IMG/VR virus record: IMGVR_UViG_3300045988_175656 | From: a virus | Strand: one strand, 5' to 3' | DNA: 64,000 nt | In this document: positions 36,382 to 43,464 of the stretch, in pieces | Numbering within the stretch: position 1 is the stretch's first letter | Layout of the letters: each line of letters begins with the position of its first letter | Notes under the pieces: generated by a model | Database searches by the model: none | Told to the model about the DNA's origin: nothing | Seen by the model: only the letters and a program-made list of their open reading frames with translations | Program-made: the position numbers and the translations under genes

Positions 36382-37197
36382 TTATTTCACATATTCAATC
36401 AAGTAATATCCTTTGGAGTAAGAACTATTCTTCTTATTGATTTTTTTCAATAGATTACCTTCATAAATGTAATCGAAAGTATCATCTTTCATATCCTGAT
36501 ATGAAATAAGACTATTCGGTTTCTTACCACACCATTCAGTTGCAAACAGTATATGTTCATTATAGGGAGAATTATAATGCTTTATCAATGATGATAAATT
36601 AATGTTGGTATTATTGGCTTTATTACCATAATGAATATCAAAAGTCTGTACAATATTATCGTCATTGGTATAATGATACTTAATCATATTACCATTTTCC
36701 CAAGTATATTCCTCGTAATTATGGATTTTATACCGATTACCACCTTTTTCCTCAGATATAAGGTCAATACTCTTCAACTCCCCACTATCATAATATGTAA
36801 GTGTACCAACAGTTGTAACACGTTCCCCATTTAATCCATAAATATACAACCTTGTCATATATCCTTGTTTATTAAAAGTAAATTCACATTTGGAGTTGAG
36901 AACTTGCTTACCATTCACATAAGAAATGAATTGATACCGATTATTGATGATGGTAAATGTTTCCACAGCTTTATATTTGAAATTCTGATAAAACTCTTTC
37001 CGTACTTCAATCAGGTTTCCATCATCATCATACTTGAAATGATACCACTTATCCCCTTTGTTGCCAACCTCTTTTTGAGTAAAAGCATTAACCCAATGTA
37101 TGCTTTTCACCAAATATTCACCTCTATTATTTGTTTTTTGGGCGAATAAACTAAAACTAATACAGATTACTGTTACAATTAATAAAATTCTTTTCAT
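36382..37197 (-). CDS. secreted beta-rich protein (YD-repeat-like), reverse-strand moron
   Basis: 271 aa. Signal peptide MKRILLIVTVICISFSLFAQ. Repetitive Y/N/G-rich beta-hairpin-like segments (YDDDGNLIEV, YYDSGELKSIDL). Has its own TTTG-N20-TATATTTG promoter. Confidence 0.55.
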   Translation of the reverse strand: MKRILLIVTVICISFSLFAQKTNNRGEYLVKSIHWVNAFTQKEVGNKGDKWYHFKYDDDGNLIEVRKEFYQNFKYKAVETFTIINNRYQFISYVNGKQVLNSKCEFTFNKQGYMTRLYIYGLNGERVTTVGTLTYYDSGELKSIDLISEEKGGNRYKIHNYEEYTWENGNMIKYHYTNDDNIVQTFDIHYGNKANNTNINLSSLIKHYNSPYNEHILFATEWCGKKPNSLISYQDMKDDTFDYIYEGNLLKKINKKNSSYSKGYYLIEYVK

Positions 37198-37223
37198 ATT
37201 CTATGGTTTTTAAAAATTTTGAT

Positions 37224-37258
37224 ATGCAAATATACAAGATATTTTTTTAATCTACAAA
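37224..37258 (-). promoter_or_regulatory. Bacteroidota-type promoter TTTG-N20-TATATTTG upstream of the secreted-protein moron
   Basis: The minus strand reads TTTGTAGATTAAAAAAATATCTTGTATATTTGCAT. The -7 box is at 37227..37234 and the ATG at 37197. Confidence 0.7.
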
Positions 37259-37323
37259 TATTATTAGTTAAATAATATAAAAAAATTCATTTTGAAGTAT
37301 ATATTATTATAATAAGATAAACA

Positions 37324-37800
37324 ATGAAGCAAGTAAAAAATAAAATCATCAGTCAAAAGTACCCTTCTAAAAAAAGAAATAAGTCAAGATGTAAAAAACG
37401 TTCACACCCTCAATATGGAACATCTAACTTAGAAAGAAGATTTGCATCTGATTATTTAGATGTTTTAGGGGTGGAATATGTTTATCAGTTTGAAGCTAAA
37501 GATATTGGGCGATTTTATGATTTTTATTTACCTAATGATAATTTAATAATTGAAGTTGATGGAGATTATTATCATTCATATGGTTTAACATATGAACAAA
37601 TGTGCCCTATGCAGAAACGAAATAAACGAGTTGATGAACTAAAAGATAAATGGGCATTAATGCATAGTATTCCAATTTTACGTTTCTGGGAACATGATAT
37701 AAATGATAATCCAGAGTTTGTATTTAAAAAATTAAAAGAAATGATACAAATACAATCAAAAAATAAAATAATGATGGAGAAAAAGAAAAAACCACATTAA
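37324..37800 (+). CDS. Vsr/DUF559-type PD-(D/E)xK endonuclease (possible free-standing homing endonuclease)
   Basis: 158 aa. RFYDFYLPNDNLIIEVDGDYYH ... RVDELKDKWALMHSIPILRFWEHDI matches the DUF559/Vsr-like pattern vDF....lviEvDG..H...D..R...L...G..vlRf. Basic N-terminus. Confidence 0.6.
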   Translation: MKQVKNKIISQKYPSKKRNKSRCKKRSHPQYGTSNLERRFASDYLDVLGVEYVYQFEAKDIGRFYDFYLPNDNLIIEVDGDYYHSYGLTYEQMCPMQKRNKRVDELKDKWALMHSIPILRFWEHDINDNPEFVFKKLKEMIQIQSKNKIMMEKKKKPH

Positions 37801-37851
37801 ATATTGATTTTTAATATATTATAAATTACTTTTTAAGTAAAAATATATAAC

Positions 37852-38445
37852 ATGGAAGGTATTTTGTATGCACCATATGTTGATTATAATAGTACTGATT
37901 CTTTTGATTATAAGAATCAGGCATATGATGAAAATTATATGGATTATTTACGAAAAGAATATGTAAAATATAAATTTACAATTGATACGGTTACAAAAGC
38001 TAGTTTAGTTGATGATAGGGTTTCAATGATAAATTCATTAGCAAATAATCGTAAAGAAAACGTCAATCCAAATAATAAAATACATTATAGTTATTATCAA
38101 GCCCCTGTAAAATTATTAGATATTTATAGTGATTCAGAAAGTTTTGATAAATTATTATACTATTTCAAATCAGGAGAAATGTTTCCATTGATTATTGAAT
38201 TTTTTGATATTCAAAAAGTTCCTGAATTAGAAAGTGATTTCAAAATGTGGGTGAGAGAAACTAATAAAATAAACACAGCAAGAGGTTTAACAGATGCAGA
38301 AAGGCTTAAATATCTTCCTGTAAAGGATTTGAAAGTATCTTTTGGACCGAATTCAAATGCAGTGTTAGAAAAATGTAAATTGCTTGAAGTATATTCAGTG
38401 AATACTTATGCAGTATCAGTTAATAAAATTATATTTGTAAGATAA
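37852..38445 (+). CDS. hypothetical protein (tail module)
   Basis: 197-aa ORF whose stop lies 2 nt before the next start. Confidence 0.5.
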   Translation: MEGILYAPYVDYNSTDSFDYKNQAYDENYMDYLRKEYVKYKFTIDTVTKASLVDDRVSMINSLANNRKENVNPNNKIHYSYYQAPVKLLDIYSDSESFDKLLYYFKSGEMFPLIIEFFDIQKVPELESDFKMWVRETNKINTARGLTDAERLKYLPVKDLKVSFGPNSNAVLEKCKLLEVYSVNTYAVSVNKIIFVR

Positions 38446-38447
38446 AA

Positions 38448-39740
38448 ATGGCTAAAACAGAAGAACAAAGAAAAAAAGAGTTGGCAATATTAAAAGCCAC
38501 TAATGAATTGTTGGCAGAAAGTAAAGAGGAAACTCTTTTAAGAGGACATAAAGATGAAGCTGAATTAATTGAAAAAGCTTCATTAGAAAATAAAAGTAAG
38601 TTAAAACTTTTGGGTGCTGATGAAAAAGATTTAGAGAATATTCAATATAAAGAACCATCTTCAGAAGAGGTGGCTAAATTTGAAAGATATTGCAAAAATA
38701 GAGGAATTGACCCTAATAGTGTTTATAATAAGTCATTAGTAAATACTGTTGAAAGTTCTGCTTCTTCAATATCAACTATTGAACAATCTAATTTGGTTGA
38801 GTCAATTATTACCCCTGAAGAAACTGAATATAATTTAGAGGTATCAGATGAATATTCAGATGATATTCAATATGATGTTTTACCATTACCTTCAAATGGT
38901 GAAACTTATTCACATAAAAAAAACAGATTACCTGTTTCATTTCTAACAGCATCCGATGAAGATTTTATCACATCACCTAATTTATATAGAGATGGAAAAA
39001 TAATTGATGTATTGTTGAAGCGTAAAATAATGGATAAAACTATTGACCCTAACAGCTTATGTAAAGGTGATAGAGATGCTATTATATTATGGTTAAGAGC
39101 AACAGGTTATGGACCAGAATTTCCAATTACTGTACATGACCCTGAACTTGATACAGAATATGAAACAGTAATTGATTTAACAAAAATTGAGACAAAACCT
39201 TTTACATTAAAAGGGGATGCTAATGGTAACTTTGATTATCAAACAAAATCAGGTAATTTAATCAAATTTAAATTTTTGAATCATTATGATGAACTTAGAT
39301 TGATTGAAATGTCACGTGAAGATAATTTAAATGTTAAACGTTTCAGATTAAACAGAATTGTAGAAGAACTTAAAACTGAATTGAAAAATGATAAAGTTCT
39401 AAGTCTAAATGACCGAAATAAACTATCAGCTAGTATTGGAACAATTGATAGTTGGTCTAAAAATATTAAGACTAAAAATATTGTTGAACAAGAAAGAGCA
39501 ATTACCAATACGATGTTATTAAGTATTGTAGCAGTTAATGGTAACAGTGACAAGGATTATATTAAAAAATATGTTAATACTATGCCAGCTCGTGAAGCAT
39601 TTGATTTTAGAAAATATATTATACAGAACGAGCCTGGTATGAACTTTGAAATAACTGTTAACAGACCAGAGAATCTCGGAGGTGGTTCTTTCAAAACCTT
39701 TCTTAACATCGACACTTCTATTTTCATCAATATCGCCTAA
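38448..39740 (+). CDS. hypothetical protein in the tail-assembly-chaperone position (upstream ORF of an overlapping pair)
   Basis: 430-aa ORF immediately upstream of the tape measure. Its 3' end overlaps ORF 39682..39999, which is in the +1 frame. Confidence 0.5.
   Translation: MAKTEEQRKKELAILKATNELLAESKEETLLRGHKDEAELIEKASLENKSKLKLLGADEKDLENIQYKEPSSEEVAKFERYCKNRGIDPNSVYNKSLVNTVESSASSISTIEQSNLVESIITPEETEYNLEVSDEYSDDIQYDVLPLPSNGETYSHKKNRLPVSFLTASDEDFITSPNLYRDGKIIDVLLKRKIMDKTIDPNSLCKGDRDAIILWLRATGYGPEFPITVHDPELDTEYETVIDLTKIETKPFTLKGDANGNFDYQTKSGNLIKFKFLNHYDELRLIEMSREDNLNVKRFRLNRIVEELKTELKNDKVLSLNDRNKLSASIGTIDSWSKNIKTKNIVEQERAITNTMLLSIVAVNGNSDKDYIKKYVNTMPAREAFDFRKYIIQNEPGMNFEITVNRPENLGGGSFKTFLNIDTSIFINIA
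39655..39740 (+). other. candidate +1 programmed ribosomal frameshift window
   Basis: Both frames are open across this interval. Homopolymeric slip candidates are UUC-AAA-ACC (39690..39698; AAA to AAA) and ACC-UUU-CUU (39696..39704; UUU to UUC). Confidence 0.3.
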
Positions 39741-39999
39741 TTATGAAGCGATTTTAAAAGAAGAATTATGGGGATGTCACAAATATATGGGTTTTTCAAT
39801 CACTGAACTTAAAAACATGACAATCAGAGATAGAAAAACATATATAAGAAAACATAATGGAGAACAAATTAAAAAACAAACTGATTTAAAAAACAAAGGA
39901 AGTAAAACATCAAATAATACAGCCCTTATGAATCAGGTTGCTAGAATGAGACAAGAAGAAAACACTAATATGTCAAATAATATGAAAGCTGCTACATAA
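39682..39999 (+). CDS. overlapping +1-frame ORF (independent GTG-start gene or frameshift extension of 38448..39740)
   Basis: 105 codons. The only start is GTG at 39682 (next in-frame Met is 35 codons in). The frame is open from 39655. Ends in terminator hairpin 39985..40010 just before the tape measure. Confidence 0.4.
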   Translation: MVLSKPFLTSTLLFSSISPNYEAILKEELWGCHKYMGFSITELKNMTIRDRKTYIRKHNGEQIKKQTDLKNKGSKTSNNTALMNQVARMRQEENTNMSNNMKAAT

Positions 40000-40010
40000 T
40001 GGCAGCTTTT
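39985..40010 (+). terminator. hairpin at the end of the +1-frame ORF (terminator/attenuator before the tape measure)
   Basis: AAAGCTGC-TACATAATG-GCAGCTTTT. Overlaps stop codon 39997..39999. Confidence 0.5.
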
Positions 40011-40066
40011 ATTATTTGTAATAAACAGAATACTAAATATTTATTTTAAACAAAAGTAGCACGTAT

Positions 40067-43000
40067 ATGGTATATGATAAAAGTTATTATGATATGTTAA
40101 ATTTAATAGAGTCTAAATTAGAAACTATTAAAAATCTTAATTCAGAATTAAATTTAAATAATTTAAATTCTTCAATTTCAAATGTAAGAGAAGAGATTGA
40201 AAAAATTGATAGTAAATTTAATTCATTGGTTGATTATTTTAATTCTAGATTAAATCTAAACTTAAATAGCGAAGATGTTGATACTGCTATTAGAAAAATA
40301 AAAGAATTAAAAGAGACTGAAGAAAAACAATTAAAAGCTAGTTTAGCCATTCAAAATGCTCATAATAATAACAATATTAAAGAGGAAATAGCATATCGTA
40401 AAATTTATAATGATGAAATAAAAAAAGCATTTGATTTGAGAAATGAATTAAATCAAATTGGTATTTCTGATACATTTCTGAATGATGATAAATTAATGAA
40501 TAGACTAACAAATAGTCTAGATATTGTTGATAACAAATTAAATGATATAAGACATAATATTGTTGATATTGGAAAATCTACTAAAAAACTTAATGAAGAA
40601 AATAAAGAGTGGAAAAAAAATATTGATAATATCAAGAAAGGTTATCAACAATTCGCAAGTAACTTAAAGAAATCATTTAACATTATTAAGGATTCTACCG
40701 AATTTTGGCGTAAACAAGATGAACAAATAACCAAAATGGTTGCTACTTTTGGCTTAACTAATGATGAACTTAAAAAATATCGTGATGCTTCTTATAAAGC
40801 AGGTGTTGAATTAGCTTTTCAATATGGTAAAACACAAGAAGATATGGTAAAACTTCAACAAGGTTATGCTGAAGCTACTGGAAAAAATATTGTGTTGACA
40901 AAAGATAATTATGAAGCTCAATTTCAACTACAACAATTAATGGGGGATGAAAATTCTTTAGCTTTTACAAGTGGAATTGAACAATTTGGAGTTGGAATTA
41001 ATGATGCAAGAGATAGATTGTATGAAATATACAAATTAAATAAAACAACAGGAGTTTCATGGTCAAAAACATCTAAAGAATTAAACAATAATTTAAAATT
41101 AGCTCAAAAATATAATTTTAAAGGTGGTTTAGACAATATGATGAAAATGACTGTATGGGCTAACAAGATGAAAATCAATATGCAAACTATTGGTAGCATT
41201 GCTGATAAAATATCTAATCCTGAAGGTGCTATTGAAACTGCTGCAAAATTACAAGTATTGGGTGGCGCATTTGCAACAATGGCTAATCCATTACAAATGT
41301 TATATGAATCTTTAGATGATGTTGGTGGTTTAGCTCAAAGAGTTGAAAAAATGTTTGATGGTATTGGACGTTTTGATAGAGATTTAGGTGAAGTGAGAAT
41401 AGCTGGACCTGACCGTTTACGTGTCAAAGCTGCTGCTGAAGCAATGGGAATGTCTTATGAAGAAGCTATGAACATTGTTAATAATAAAGCGAAACGTGGC
41501 GCAGTTGAACAAGATGTTAAATTTAATCCTGAAATAACAAAAGATAATCGAGACTTTTTAGCAACTTTAGCTCAATGGAATAATGACAAAAAACAATTTG
41601 AAGTTAGAACTTATGATGAAAAGAATAGACAATATATAAATCGTAATATTAATGAATTATCAAATGAAGAAATTGAAAAATTAAGACAAGAACCTGATGA
41701 TGATATAAGAAAATTAGTTGAAAATACTTTTTCTATTAATGCCAACATTGATAAATTGGTTAATGGTGCTAAGATGGCATTAGCTGCAACACAAGAAGAT
41801 AAATATGGAGATACATTAAGAAATCAGTTAAAAAATGGTAATGATATGTTATCTCAAATGGAGCATCTTGGAGAAACGTTAGACTCTTTTTATCAAGCAG
41901 CTTTAATATATTATGGAGCAAAAGGACTTGGGGGAGCATGGAAAGCTGGAAAAGGACTATTTAATATGGGAAAAATGGTTAGAAATGGGCGTTTCCCTAA
42001 TACTTTTGGTGGCAATATGACTAATAATATGATTGGAAAATGGTCAAACTTATCAAAAGCAGGAAAAATTGCTAGAGTTGGTGGAGTAGGCGGTGGACTT
42101 TTAGCAGGTGGAATTTCAGGTGGTATGAAAGCATATGACACACATAAAAGTGTTGAAGCTATGGAAAATGATAGATTACTTGCGATTAAAAATGGTGAAT
42201 TATTAGAAGGAAGTGCACAAGACAAAAAAATATTAAAAGATATTAAAAAAGCTAAAAACACTGGATATGGTGGTGCAATAGGAAAAGGAATTGGAACTGG
42301 ATTAGGAGCATGGGGTGGTATGGCAGCAGGAGCAGCTATTGGGTCAGCTTTTGGTGGAGTTGGAGCAATACCAGGGGCTTTAATTGGACTAATAATGGGT
42401 GGTTTAGGTGCTTGGGCTGGTGGAGAACTTGGGGATAAAGTAGGCACATTTGCTGGAGATACTGTTTCTGTTGATGATGGTATAGCTAATAGAAAAACTG
42501 TTGTAAAAGCAAACAAGGATGATACAGCTTTGTTTGCGAAAGATAATGGTCCATTTGATAAATTGTTTGGTAATATCATCCCCAAGATTGATAACATAGA
42601 TGATGAAATAAAGACTTCTAAAGAAACATATCAAAATAACAATGGAACTTATCATAAGATGATAAATAATCCTACCAGTGTCTCTAAAATAAGAAACAAC
42701 GCAAATTATAAGGATGATACAGCTTTGTTTGCGAAAGATAATGGTCCATTTGATAAATTGTTTGGTAATATCATCCCCAAGATTGATAATAATATGAAAG
42801 TTTCCAATGAAGTTTACTATAATAAAAAGTTCAATAATGAAAATGTTAATATTCCTAAAGTTGGTGATGTTAAAAATGAAATCATTGAACCTAAACCAAT
42901 TGGAGAAGATGTTTCTAAAATAAAAGAAGTCAATATCAAAGATAGTGTAAGACCAAAAGATGTTAAAATACCTGATATTAACATCAAGCCTATTGATATT

Positions 43001-43186
43001 AATATTAATGGCACATTAAAATTAGATATGGGAACTTCTGGTCAAATAGATATTATGAAAGAATTAAAAAATAATCCTAGCTTTATGAGAGAATTAAGTA
43101 GAATGCTTGTTGAACAAATGTCTAATTCTCTTAATGGTGGAAAACCTAAGTTAGACCAAAACAGATTTGCTAGATTCCAAAGTTAA
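40067..43186 (+). CDS. tail tape measure protein
   Basis: 1039 aa at the canonical position. N-terminal coiled-coil. Gly-zipper/TM-like tracts GGVGGGLLAGGISGG and GTGLGAWGGMAAGAAIGSAFGGVGAIPGALIGLIMGGLGAWAGG. Contains an internal 80-bp duplication. Confidence 0.8.
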   Translation: MVYDKSYYDMLNLIESKLETIKNLNSELNLNNLNSSISNVREEIEKIDSKFNSLVDYFNSRLNLNLNSEDVDTAIRKIKELKETEEKQLKASLAIQNAHNNNNIKEEIAYRKIYNDEIKKAFDLRNELNQIGISDTFLNDDKLMNRLTNSLDIVDNKLNDIRHNIVDIGKSTKKLNEENKEWKKNIDNIKKGYQQFASNLKKSFNIIKDSTEFWRKQDEQITKMVATFGLTNDELKKYRDASYKAGVELAFQYGKTQEDMVKLQQGYAEATGKNIVLTKDNYEAQFQLQQLMGDENSLAFTSGIEQFGVGINDARDRLYEIYKLNKTTGVSWSKTSKELNNNLKLAQKYNFKGGLDNMMKMTVWANKMKINMQTIGSIADKISNPEGAIETAAKLQVLGGAFATMANPLQMLYESLDDVGGLAQRVEKMFDGIGRFDRDLGEVRIAGPDRLRVKAAAEAMGMSYEEAMNIVNNKAKRGAVEQDVKFNPEITKDNRDFLATLAQWNNDKKQFEVRTYDEKNRQYINRNINELSNEEIEKLRQEPDDDIRKLVENTFSINANIDKLVNGAKMALAATQEDKYGDTLRNQLKNGNDMLSQMEHLGETLDSFYQAALIYYGAKGLGGAWKAGKGLFNMGKMVRNGRFPNTFGGNMTNNMIGKWSNLSKAGKIARVGGVGGGLLAGGISGGMKAYDTHKSVEAMENDRLLAIKNGELLEGSAQDKKILKDIKKAKNTGYGGAIGKGIGTGLGAWGGMAAGAAIGSAFGGVGAIPGALIGLIMGGLGAWAGGELGDKVGTFAGDTVSVDDGIANRKTVVKANKDDTALFAKDNGPFDKLFGNIIPKIDNIDDEIKTSKETYQNNNGTYHKMINNPTSVSKIRNNANYKDDTALFAKDNGPFDKLFGNIIPKIDNNMKVSNEVYYNKKFNNENVNIPKVGDVKNEIIEPKPIGEDVSKIKEVNIKDSVRPKDVKIPDINIKPIDININGTLKLDMGTSGQIDIMKELKNNPSFMRELSRMLVEQMSNSLNGGKPKLDQNRFARFQS
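42515..42789 (+). repeat. perfect 80-bp direct repeat pair inside the tape measure gene
   Basis: 42515..42594 is identical to 42710..42789 (AAGGATGATACAGCTTTGTTTGCGAAAGATAATGGTCC...AAGATTGATAA). The offset is 195 bp (65 codons). Each copy encodes KDDTALFAKDNGPFDKLFGNIIPKIDN. Confidence 0.95.
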
Positions 43187-43207
43187 TTTAGAATCATTCT
43201 AAATTAA
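43183..43207 (+). terminator. AT-rich perfect palindrome after the tape measure gene (weak terminator or protein-binding site)
   Basis: TTAATTTAGAAT-C-ATTCTAAATTAA, 12 bp per arm with only 2 G:C pairs per stem. Confidence 0.3.
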
Positions 43208-43223
43208 TAAAATATATTACTAA

Positions 43224-43237
43224 AAACTTGCAAGTTT
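43224..43237. repeat. 14-bp perfect palindrome AAACTTGCAAGTTT
   Basis: Read directly from the sequence. It lies in the same non-coding island, between the tape measure stop and the iterons. Confidence 0.8.
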
Positions 43238-43273
43238 AGTGAAAAAACAGTATTAATATAATTATATATTATA

Positions 43274-43346
43274 TAATATATAAGGACCATTAGATAATAT
43301 TATATTAAGGTTAATATATAAGGACCATTATATAATATTATATTAA
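43274..43346. repeat. two 35-bp direct repeats (iteron-like) in a non-coding island
   Basis: 43274..43308 and 43312..43346 read TAATATATAAGGACCATTA(G/T)ATAATATTATATTAA. There is 1 mismatch and the period is 38 bp. Confidence 0.9.
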
Positions 43347-43373
43347 TTTTAATATATAATAAAATATATTAAT

Positions 43374-43388
43374 TATAAGGTCCTTATA
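43374..43388. repeat. 15-bp perfect palindrome TATAAGGTCCTTATA sharing the iteron core
   Basis: It contains GGTCCTTATAT, the reverse complement of the ATATAAGGACC core found in both 35-bp repeats. Confidence 0.85.
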
Positions 43389-43464
43389 TTATTAATACTA
43401 TTTTTTCTTAAAAAAGCAAATTTATAATGTTAAAAACTAATAAATTTTTAAAAATAAATAAAAA

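Noticed and set aside
41911-42655. Antisense ORFs (228 aa and 83 aa) inside the tape measure gene
   Set aside because: The Pro/Ala/Ile-rich translations are the mirror image of the Gly-zipper coding region (GGN read as NCC). They are fully nested in the 1039-aa tape measure ORF.
43274-43346. Possible CRISPR-like array (35-bp repeats with a 38-bp period)
   Set aside because: There are only two direct copies separated by 3 bp. There are no spacers, no leader or cas context, and the repeats are almost pure A/T. I interpret it as an iteron/operator-like element instead.
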